Virus record (IMG/VR): IMGVR_UViG_3300025525_000001
Strand: one strand, 5' to 3'
DNA length: 46,349 bases
Source of the DNA: a virus
Both the position numbers and the translations under genes were made by a program. This document shows, piece after piece, positions 30,733 to 39,600 of the stretch. The notes under the pieces were generated by a model. The model was not told the DNA's origin, ran no database searches, and saw nothing but the letters and a program-made list of their open reading frames with translations. Numbering within the stretch: position 1 is the first letter of the stretch; each line of letters opens with the position of its first letter.

Positions 30733-30768
30733 GCGATCAGTTCCAACCCCTCCCCGAAGGGGCTACCA

Positions 30769-30801
30769 GCCGGGGGCCCACCAGCCCCCGGCTTTTTCTT
30801 T
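30769..30801 (+). terminator. Rho-independent terminator after the head genes
   Basis: gccgggggc (30769-77) pairs with gcccccggc (30784-92) around a 6-nt loop, followed by tttttcttt. Confidence 0.85.
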
Positions 30802-30812
30802 GAGGCGAAACC

Positions 30813-31466
30813 GTGAGCAATCCTGTAGTCATCGCGAACCTTGCGCTCTCGCACCTTGGCGATGACGCGACGGTGTCGTCCATCGACCCGCCGGAAGGCA
30901 GCGCCCAAGCCGAACAGGCGGCACAGTTCTACCCCGTCGCCCGGGACGCGCTGATCGAGATGTTCCCGTGGAACTTCGCGTTGCGGCGCTGCTCGCCGGC
31001 CGTGCTCGAAGAGCAGCCGGTCTCGCAATGGCGCTACGCCTACGCCCTGCCGTCGAACGCCCTGCAGGTGTTCGAGGTCCAGGGGCCGGACGATACCGAC
31101 GACATCGTCGCGGGCAACTACGGGCCCTTCGCCGTCATCAACGGTAGCAGCGATTTCGAGATCGAGACCGACGTCGACGGCACCCGGGTGCTCTACACCA
31201 ACACCACCGACGCCCGCATCCGCTACACCGTGTCGGTGTCCGACACCACGCGCTTCCCGCCGCTGTTCACGACCACCCTGTCCTACTTCCTGGCCAGCTG
31301 GCTGGCGGGCCCGGTGCTCAAGGGCGAGACCGGCCGCACGGTTGCTCGCGAGATGCTGGTCCTGATGCGGACCTTCATCGCCGAGGCCACCAAGTCGGAC
31401 GCCAAGCAGCGCCGCGCCAATCGCTTCCGCGAGCAGCACACCGCGCCTTGGATGATGAACCGCTGA
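30813..31466 (+). CDS. Tail tubular protein A / adaptor (T7 gp11-like)
   Basis: GTG start. IANLALSHLGDDATVSSID...AAQFYPVARDALIEMFPWNFA follows the gp11-like pattern. It lies directly upstream of the gp12-like gene. Confidence 0.65.
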   Translation: MSNPVVIANLALSHLGDDATVSSIDPPEGSAQAEQAAQFYPVARDALIEMFPWNFALRRCSPAVLEEQPVSQWRYAYALPSNALQVFEVQGPDDTDDIVAGNYGPFAVINGSSDFEIETDVDGTRVLYTNTTDARIRYTVSVSDTTRFPPLFTTTLSYFLASWLAGPVLKGETGRTVAREMLVLMRTFIAEATKSDAKQRRANRFREQHTAPWMMNR

Positions 31467-33556
31467 TGCCGACCCTGCGCACTTTCAACCGCTCGTTCGC
31501 CGGCGGCGAGATCACGCCCGAGATGTTCGGGCGGATCGACGACGTTCGCTACCAGACCGGGCTGGCGACCTGCCTGAACTTCATCACCCTGCCCCACGGG
31601 CCCGCGACCAACCGCCCAGGCTTCGAGTTCGTGCGCGAGGTCAAGGACAGCACCCGCGCGACCCGGCTCCTGCCGTTCACCTTCAGCTCGACCCAGACCG
31701 TGATCCTTGAGTTCGGGCACGAGTATTTCCGCTTCCACAGCGAGGGCGGCACCGTCATGGACGGCTCCGACCCCTACGAGATCGCACACCCGTTCGACGA
31801 GGCCGACCTGTTCAAGGTCAAGTTCGTGCAGTCGGCCGACGTGGTCACGCTCGTCCACCCCAGCTATCCGGTGCAGGAGCTGCGCCGCCTCGGGGCCACC
31901 AACTGGACCGTGGTGTCGCCCACCTACGGAGCGGGCGTCGCCGCCCCGGCAGGGTTGAGCGTGACGCCGACCACCGCGGGCGCGAGCTTTTTGCGGACCT
32001 ACGAATACGTCGTGACGGCTTTGAAGGACACCGCGGAAAGCGTCGCCTCGGCCCCGGCGGCGGCCACCAACAACCTGAACGCCGCCGACACATACAACGA
32101 TATATCTTGGTCCGCGGTGACCGGCGCGACAGGCTACTGCGTGTACCGGCTGGAGGGCGGCCTCTACTACCTGATTGGTATCACCACCGGCAACGGCACG
32201 GTGACCCTGCGCGACGACAACCTGCCCTACAACGGCGGCCAGACCCCGCCGCTGGTGTCGGACCCCTTCGCCGGATCGAACAACCCGGGCGCGGTGACCT
32301 ACTTCGAGCAGCGCAAGGTGTTCGGGGGCACCGACACTCTGCCGCAGAACATCTGGACGACCCGCACCGGATCGGAGGTGAACTTCAACTACTCGGTGCC
32401 GCCGCGCGATGACGATAGCATCCAGCTGGCCATCGCGGGCCGCCAGTATAACCAGATCGTCCACCTGGTGCCGCTTCAAGACCTCATCATCATGACCCAG
32501 GCCGGAGAGTGGCGGCTGTACGCGGCCGGCGGCGGGGCGCTCACGCCCGAGAGCTTTGCCCTGCGCCCGCAGTCGTTCGTCGGCGCAGGCCACGCGACGC
32601 CGATCACCACCGGATCGAACCTGGTGTTCGCCGACACCGCAGGTCACGTCCGCGAGATGGCCTTCTCCCAGGACGCGGGCGGCTACATCACCGGCGACCT
32701 GTCGCTGCGTGCGCCCCACCTGTTCGACGAGTTCGAGATCGTCGACACCGCCCAGGTCAAGGCCCCCTATCCGATCCTGTGGTTCGTCAGCACCAGCGGC
32801 AAGCTGCTCGGGATCACCTACATTCCCGAACAGCAGGTCGCGGGATGGCACCAGCACTTGACCGGCGCGACCTACGACGCCGAGACCCAGGAACTGGCGA
32901 CCCAGCACTATTTCGAGAGCATCGCATCGGTGCGCGAAGGGAGCGAGGACGCGCTGTATGCCGTCATCCGCCGCGAGATCAACGGCAACTCGGTGCGCTA
33001 CATCGAGCGGGCCCGCAAGCGCGCGTTCGCCACGGCGGCCGACGCCTTCTTCGTCGACGCCGGGGTCTACTATTCGGGCGCGCCGATCACCACCGTGACC
33101 GAGGGCCTCGACCACCTGGAAGGGGAGACAGTGTCGATCCTCGCCGACGGCGCGGTGTTGCCGCCCCAAGTCGTGGTTGGCGGCGAGGTGACCTTCGACG
33201 AGCCTGTCTCGACAGTCGTCATCGGCCTGCCCATCGTCGCCGAGATCAAGACCCTGCCGTTCGCGGCCGAGATACAGGGCGCGGGCCAGGGCCGCCCGAA
33301 GAACGTCAACGAGGTGTGGCTGCGCGTATTCCGCTCCTCGGGCATCTTCGCTGGCCCCTCGGCCGACAAGCTGACCGAATACAAGCAGCGCACCACCGAA
33401 CCCTACGGCTCGCCCCCGTCGCTGAAGACCGACGAAATCAGCATCAAGATTTCGCCTTCGTGGGCAAACGACGGGCAGGTCGTGATCCGGCAGACCGACC
33501 CGCTGCCCCTGACCGTCCTGTCGATGTCGCTGGAGACCGTCCTTGCCGGCGGTTGA
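31466..33556 (+). CDS. Tail tubular protein B / nozzle (T7 gp12-like)
   Basis: ATG at 31466 (TGATG junction). MPTLRTFNRSFAGGEITPEMFGRIDDVRYQTGLATCLNFITLPHGPATNRPGFEFV is the conserved N-terminus of nozzle proteins. The protein is 696 aa. Confidence 0.8.
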   Translation: MPTLRTFNRSFAGGEITPEMFGRIDDVRYQTGLATCLNFITLPHGPATNRPGFEFVREVKDSTRATRLLPFTFSSTQTVILEFGHEYFRFHSEGGTVMDGSDPYEIAHPFDEADLFKVKFVQSADVVTLVHPSYPVQELRRLGATNWTVVSPTYGAGVAAPAGLSVTPTTAGASFLRTYEYVVTALKDTAESVASAPAAATNNLNAADTYNDISWSAVTGATGYCVYRLEGGLYYLIGITTGNGTVTLRDDNLPYNGGQTPPLVSDPFAGSNNPGAVTYFEQRKVFGGTDTLPQNIWTTRTGSEVNFNYSVPPRDDDSIQLAIAGRQYNQIVHLVPLQDLIIMTQAGEWRLYAAGGGALTPESFALRPQSFVGAGHATPITTGSNLVFADTAGHVREMAFSQDAGGYITGDLSLRAPHLFDEFEIVDTAQVKAPYPILWFVSTSGKLLGITYIPEQQVAGWHQHLTGATYDAETQELATQHYFESIASVREGSEDALYAVIRREINGNSVRYIERARKRAFATAADAFFVDAGVYYSGAPITTVTEGLDHLEGETVSILADGAVLPPQVVVGGEVTFDEPVSTVVIGLPIVAEIKTLPFAAEIQGAGQGRPKNVNEVWLRVFRSSGIFAGPSADKLTEYKQRTTEPYGSPPSLKTDEISIKISPSWANDGQVVIRQTDPLPLTVLSMSLETVLAGG

Positions 33557-34019
33557 GATCAGGCCCGCGGTCGCGCTGGACGCGCTCGTGATCGAGCCGA
33601 GGTTGAGACCCGCTGACCGGGATGAGCTGGTAGCGGCCAGCGGCCCTGACATCAGGGCCCAACTCGTAGATGCTGTCGACCAGTCGGCAGGCAGGCTGGG
33701 CCGCATGGCCTTCGCCGCCGAGCACGAGGACACGCTGATCGCTCTGTTCGGGTTCGTGCCCAAGGGCCCGCTGTCTGACACCGCCCACCCGTGGCTGGTC
33801 GGCACGCCCGGCCTGGCTCGCGTTCCCGGTGTGCTTAACCGTCTGGCCCGCTCGTACTGTCACGCCGTGCTGGGCGAGTACCCTACGCTCGTCAACTATG
33901 TCGACGCCCGCAACAAGGCGAGCATCGTCTGGCTGACGCGCCTCGGGTTCGCGGTCCACCCTTCGGAGCCGTTCGGCGTAGCCGGCCTGCCCTTCCACCG
34001 TTTCGAGATGCGAGGCTGA
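33543..34019 (+). CDS. Internal virion protein with acetyltransferase-like fold (T7 gp13 position)
   Basis: The gene occupies the slot right after the nozzle gene. VNYVDARNKASIVWLTRLGFAV resembles the GNAT N..a..ly.klGF element. The TTG start at 33543 is uncertain. Confidence 0.5.
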   Translation: MPAVEIRPAVALDALVIEPRLRPADRDELVAASGPDIRAQLVDAVDQSAGRLGRMAFAAEHEDTLIALFGFVPKGPLSDTAHPWLVGTPGLARVPGVLNRLARSYCHAVLGEYPTLVNYVDARNKASIVWLTRLGFAVHPSEPFGVAGLPFHRFEMRG

Positions 34020-34025
34020 CCGTTC

Positions 34026-34538
34026 ATGTGCAACCCGATGGCGATCATGGGGATGCAGGGGGCGGGTGCCGCGGTGGGAGCCATCGGGGCCTACGGCGGC
34101 GCGAAGTCACAGAAAAGCGCCCTCAACTTCCAGGCCCAGATGTCGGACCTGAACGCGCAGCTGGCCGAGCGCCGCGCGCAGATTTCGCTTGAGCAGGGCG
34201 CGTACCAGGCCGCCGAGATCGAGAGGGGCGGGGCCCGGCTGAAGGGCTCTCAACGGGCGGCTCTCGGGGCGCGCGGTGTGGCGCTCGACAGCGGCACCGC
34301 CGTGGCGATCCAGGCAGGCACCGATGCGGTTACGCAAGAGGATGCCCGGCAGGCGCGGATCAACGCCGTGCGCGAAGCCTGGGGGCACCGCTATGACGCC
34401 GCCAACCAGAAGAACCAGGCCGGGGCGTCCCGGGCCAACGCCAAGGGCATCAACCCGATGGGCGCGGCGGGCACGTCGCTGCTGACCAGCGCGACCAGCA
34501 TGGCGTCCAGCTACTACGGGATGAGGAAAGCAGGCTGA
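34026..34538 (+). CDS. Internal virion protein (Gly/Ala/Gln-rich, starts MCNP)
   Basis: 170-aa ORF within the ejection-protein block with a hydrophobic Gly-rich N-terminus. Confidence 0.55.
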   Translation: MCNPMAIMGMQGAGAAVGAIGAYGGAKSQKSALNFQAQMSDLNAQLAERRAQISLEQGAYQAAEIERGGARLKGSQRAALGARGVALDSGTAVAIQAGTDAVTQEDARQARINAVREAWGHRYDAANQKNQAGASRANAKGINPMGAAGTSLLTSATSMASSYYGMRKAG

Positions 34539-36682
34539 TGGCCCGCATCGTCATCAACGACCAGCGCCGCGTCGCCCCGGGCCAGGCCCCGGGCAGCTTC
34601 GCCGCGCCTGACGCCAGCCAGGGCGCGGACTTCGCCTCGCGCCAACTGCAGCAGGTCGGACAGGGCATCCAGCAGGCTGGCCAGCTGGCCGGTCAGATTT
34701 ACGCGGCCGAGCGCGAGAAGATCAACGAGACCCGGGTCAACGACGCCATCAACCGCGCGCAGCGCGAGGCGCTGGACCTGCGCAGCGAGTACACGCCGTT
34801 GCAGGGCGAGGCTGCGCTGCGGGTCGGCGAGACCGAGGAGAGCGTCGACCAGGTCTACGCGCCCCGTTTCGAGCGCCGCCTCGGCGAGATCGCCGACGAG
34901 CTGGGGCTCACCGCAGTCCAGCGTGCGCGCTATCAGGAGCGCGCCCAGCCGCTGGCCCTGAACTTCCGCGCGGGCGTGACCAACCATTTCCTGGCCCAGA
35001 ACGAGAGTTACCAGGCCGAGGTCGCCGCGTCCGGCATAGCGGTCGAGCAGCAGACCATTCTCGGCGATCCGCTCAACGCGGAGGTCACCGGCGCTTCCAT
35101 CGCCCGCATCGAGGAGCTGGTCGCCGCCGACGCCGCCCGCCGGGGGTTGAGCGCCGAGGGCACCGCGCTCGCCAAACAGGAGTTCGTCGGCAAGGCCTTC
35201 CTCGAAGCGATCATCGCCACCGAGGACGAAGACCTGCAGGGCGCGCAGGACATCTACGACACCCACCGCGACCGGATGACGGCGACGCAGCAGAACGCCG
35301 CGCGCAACGCGCTGGGCGCGGGCGTCGCCACGCAGAACGCCACCTCGTGGGTTGCCGCCCGGTTCGCGGGCACGCCCGCCCCGCCCCCGGGAGCGCCCGG
35401 CGGCACCTATCAACATCCGGTTCCCGGGGCTCGCCGTTCGTCGCCCCACGGAAACCGCGTCCACCCGATCAGCGGCGGCGTCAAGATGCACGACGGTGTC
35501 GACTACGCCGCGCCGGCCGGATCGCCTGTCCGCGCCATCGCCGCGGGCCGCGTGGTGCGCGTCGGGCCCAACGGCGGCTACGGCAACTTCGTCGAGATCG
35601 ACCACGGTAACGGTGTCGTCACCGGCTACGCGCACCTGCAGGACTTCGATGTCGCGGTCGGCGATGAACTGGCCGCCGGGCAGAACCTGGGCCGCGTGGG
35701 CTCGACTGGCGACAGCACAGGCCCGCATTTGCACCTCCGTGCCCGTCGGGACGGACGAAGCATCGATCCCGAGACCCTGATCGGCCAGAACGCAGAAGCC
35801 GCCGCGGCGCAGGCTGGTGCGGGCCGCCCGACCCGCGCCCAGCTGGAGCGCGAGGCCGCCGCCGAGTTCGGCAACAACCGGATCGCGCTGGCCGCGGCCC
35901 GGGCCGAGATCGCCCGCGCCTACGGCCTGGAGGAAGCCGAGAAGCGTGAGCGCGAGGAGGCCGCCCGCGACACGGTTTTCCGGCACATGGAACAGACCCG
36001 CACCGCGCCGACGGCGGCGATGATGGCCGCCCTGCCGCCGGGCATGGTCAACACGGTGAACAACTACCTGGAGGCCCTGATCGCGCCGCCGACCGTGCGC
36101 AGCGACCCGAACCTGCTGCTGGCCCTGGCTGCGAACCCGGAAGCCGTCAAGGAGATGCTGCCCGAAGAGATCGTCGCCAACTACGGCCAGCGGCTCACGT
36201 CCAGCGATCTCATCAGTTTGGTGGGCACCTCGGCCCGGGCCGGCGTCGCCGCGCAACAGGAGGCGGCCACCGCCGCCCACGTCCCGCAACAGGCCTTCTC
36301 CTCGGCCTGGACCCTCGCGCTGGACGTAGCGGGTATCGACCGCACGCCGTCGGGCCGACGCGCCGACAGCGACCGACAGGCGCTGGCCCAACTGAACGTG
36401 GCCGTGCGCGAGGCGATCATCGAGCGCCAGCGCGGGCTCGGCCGCCAGCTGACCCGCGAGGAGATCAGCGAGGAAATCCAGACGCGACTTGGCCGCTTGG
36501 TTTGGGAGCGTCCGCAGGGTATCTTCACGCCCTTCGCTGCGGGCTACCAGACGTCGTACGAGACCATGACGCCGCGGAACCAGGTTGATTTCCGCACCCG
36601 GGCGCGCGAGCGGTTGGGCCGTAACCCGACCAACGACGAAATATACGCCGAGTACATCCGCGACCGCATCAGGGGACGTTAA
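34538..36682 (+). CDS. Internal virion protein with M23 (LytM-type) peptidoglycan endopeptidase domain
   Basis: HPISGGVKMHDGVDYAAPAGSPVRAIAAGRVV...GYGNFVEIDHGNGVVTGYAHL...GSTGDSTGPHLHL carries the HxxxD and HxH zinc motifs of M23 peptidases (about nt 35400-35780). Confidence 0.85.
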   Translation: MARIVINDQRRVAPGQAPGSFAAPDASQGADFASRQLQQVGQGIQQAGQLAGQIYAAEREKINETRVNDAINRAQREALDLRSEYTPLQGEAALRVGETEESVDQVYAPRFERRLGEIADELGLTAVQRARYQERAQPLALNFRAGVTNHFLAQNESYQAEVAASGIAVEQQTILGDPLNAEVTGASIARIEELVAADAARRGLSAEGTALAKQEFVGKAFLEAIIATEDEDLQGAQDIYDTHRDRMTATQQNAARNALGAGVATQNATSWVAARFAGTPAPPPGAPGGTYQHPVPGARRSSPHGNRVHPISGGVKMHDGVDYAAPAGSPVRAIAAGRVVRVGPNGGYGNFVEIDHGNGVVTGYAHLQDFDVAVGDELAAGQNLGRVGSTGDSTGPHLHLRARRDGRSIDPETLIGQNAEAAAAQAGAGRPTRAQLEREAAAEFGNNRIALAAARAEIARAYGLEEAEKREREEAARDTVFRHMEQTRTAPTAAMMAALPPGMVNTVNNYLEALIAPPTVRSDPNLLLALAANPEAVKEMLPEEIVANYGQRLTSSDLISLVGTSARAGVAAQQEAATAAHVPQQAFSSAWTLALDVAGIDRTPSGRRADSDRQALAQLNVAVREAIIERQRGLGRQLTREEISEEIQTRLGRLVWERPQGIFTPFAAGYQTSYETMTPRNQVDFRTRARERLGRNPTNDEIYAEYIRDRIRGR

Positions 36683-36688
36683 AGCCAC

Positions 36689-39600
36689 ATGGCTGTTGAG
36701 CTGCAGGACGACCCCGCTTCCCAGATCGAAGAGCAACGCCGCAGGCTGTCGAACGCGCTGCGCACCGGGGCTGTGGAGAACCCCGACGCCCTGGCCGCTG
36801 ACCGCGCCGAGGCGGCCCGCAGGGGTATGCCGGTCACCGCGCTGCGCGCCGTTCGCCAGCAGAATGTGGTCTTGCCCCCGGTCGCGTTGACGCCGGACCT
36901 GCCGGAAACCTCGCCGCGCACCTCGAACTTCCTGTCCAACCCGGCCAACGCCGCGGTCGCCCACGACGACATCGAGAATATGTCGGCGGTCGAGCGCATC
37001 GTCGCCCGCATCGGAGAGCGCACCGTCCGTTTGGCCCAGGGCGCGGGCCGTGCTTCGTACACGGCCTTGGCTGGGCCAGCCACGTGGCTGGAAGAGAACC
37101 TGCCTCGACAGGTTCTATCCTTCGAGAATGGGCGCATCGTGCGCCGTGCTATCTCGGCCGAGGAGCGCAGGGCCACCGGTTTCAACGCGCAGGCGCAGCG
37201 CCTGCTCGACCCGAACAGACTGCACACCATCGAGCAGGGCGTCACCTGGGAAGAGTTCAAGGAGCGCCCCCTCGAACGCCTGATCCCGTTCGCGCTCGAA
37301 GAAGGCGTCGTGTCGGTGCCGGACATGGCCGCGGTCATGTTGAACCTGCCCGCCTACGTGACGGCGCGTACGGGCGAGATAGGCCAGGAGCGGTCGGAGA
37401 ACGACGGGCGCGAAAACGCCACGGTAATGGACCTTGTCGCCGCCCTTCCCGCGGCGGCAGCTTCGGCGCTTCTGGACCGGCTCGGTGCGCGGGGTATCCT
37501 CGGCATCGACGACGCGGTGCGCGGCGGTTTGCGTGGCGTGCCCGGGGCTGTCGGCCGAGCCGCTGGCAAGGAGGCCGTCACCGAGGGCCTGCAGGAGGGG
37601 ATCGAATATCTGGGCTCGAACCTCGGCACCGAGGCGGGCTTTAACCCTGCCGACGCGCTGGAGCGTATGGCCCAGGGGGTGATCATCGGCGGCCCGTTCG
37701 GCGGCACCGTCCGCACTGTGACGGCCACGGCCGAAGTTGCGGCCCAGCGGTTCGGCGCGCAGGAGACCCAGGCCCAGGCGGGCGAACAGGCGGCCGAAAC
37801 GCTGCAGGAACTGGCGGCCCTGGCCGAGGCCTCGAAGCTGCGCGAGCGCGACCCGCAGACCTTCCAGCAGTTCATCGAAGAGGCGTCGGAGGGGACGCCG
37901 GCCGAGAACATCTACGTTGACGCCGAGACCTTCGCCCAGAGCCTGAACGAGGCGGGCGTGCCGCTCGATGCCGTGCTCGAAGCGATCCCCGGATTGTCGG
38001 ACCAGCTCGCCACGGCGGCCGAGACCGGCGGCGACCTGCGCATCAGCGCGGGTGAGTTCGCCACCCACATTGCGGGCACCGACGCCGTCGGCCCGCTGCT
38101 CCCGCACCTGCGCACCGACCCGTTCGCGATGAGCCAGGCGCAGGCCAAGGAGTTCATGGCCAACCGCGGCGACGCGCTGCAGGCCGAGGTCGAGGCGGCG
38201 GTCACCGCGGCTACGGCCACCGAGGACGCGCGGGCGGGCCGGGAGCGGGTGCAGGCCAAGATCGCCGCCGAGCTGGACACCACCGGCCGCTTCACCTCGG
38301 ACGTCAACCGCGCCTACGCTTCGTTGCCGTCGGCCTTCTACGACGTCATGGGCGCGCGGCTGGGCATCACCGCCGAGCAGGCGGCCGAACGTTACCCGCT
38401 GAAGTTCGCCGCCGAACTGCCGTCGAGCGCCCGCGCGAACACGCTGGAGCAGATCGAAACTGTCGAACAGATCGCAAGGGACGCGGAGAGCCAAGGCGTT
38501 CGGATCGACACCACCGAAGGCGACAACGAGATCGCGCTCAACCTGATCGACACCACCGCAGCAGGCCGGAAGCAGGGGCTGGGCACGGCTTTCATGGAAC
38601 GGCTGGTCGCCAACGCTGACGCCACCGGGCGACGTGTCGTGCTGACGCCCGACGCTTCGATGGGCGCGACGTCGGCGGGCCGACTGGTCAAGTTCTACAA
38701 GCGGTTCGGCTTCAAGGAGAGCAAAGGCCGCGGGCGCGACTTCAGCACGCAAGCGGGGATGATCCGCGAGCCCGTGGCCGGGGCTGAAGCCACTTTCAAC
38801 CAAGCCGAAGACGTAGCCCCACACTTCTACTCGGCCCTCGAACGCGCCGTGGCGAACAGCCCGACCACCAAGGCCCCGGCCGCACAGTGGAAGGCGACGC
38901 TTGCCAAGACGCCGGGCGTGAAGAAGGAAGAGCTGGAGTGGTCGGGCCTGAACGAGTGGCTGGACGCCGCTGGCGGTGAGGGCGCGCTGGCAGGGTACAC
39001 CCGTTCGTCGCTGTTGGATCGGGATGAGATCGACGCCAAGGGCAACATAGCGAAGTCGGCGGTTCTGCGTTTCGTTAAGCAGGGCGGTGTCCAGGTCGAG
39101 GAAACGGTGCTGGGCGAAAACGCTGGCACACCCGAACCCTTCGCGGAGCCTGACGACGACTGGTTAGAGACTACCGCCGCGCGTCTTCGGGTAGAAGACC
39201 CCGAGTTGACCGAACAGGAGGCTCTGAGCGCCGCTAAAGACGAGTGGTATGAAGACGCCACTTACGAGGATTTGAACCCACAGTTCGAGACGGACGCGCA
39301 GTTCTCCAGCTACAAGCTCCCCGGCGCGGACGATACCTACCGCGAAATCCTGCTGACCCTGCCCCAGATCGAGGGCCCGTCGACCCATTGGGACACCGAG
39401 AACGTCGTCGCCCACGCGCGGGTCACGATGCGCGAGGACGCCTCGGGCGCTCGCGTGCTGTTCCTCGAAGAGCTGCAGAGCGACTGGCATCAGCAGGGAC
39501 GGGATGAGGGGTACAAGACCGACGCCTCTCCCGAGAAGATCGAAGAGGCCAAGTTCAACGCCCTTGAGGCGCGTCGGAAGCTGGACAGCATCGCGTACGA

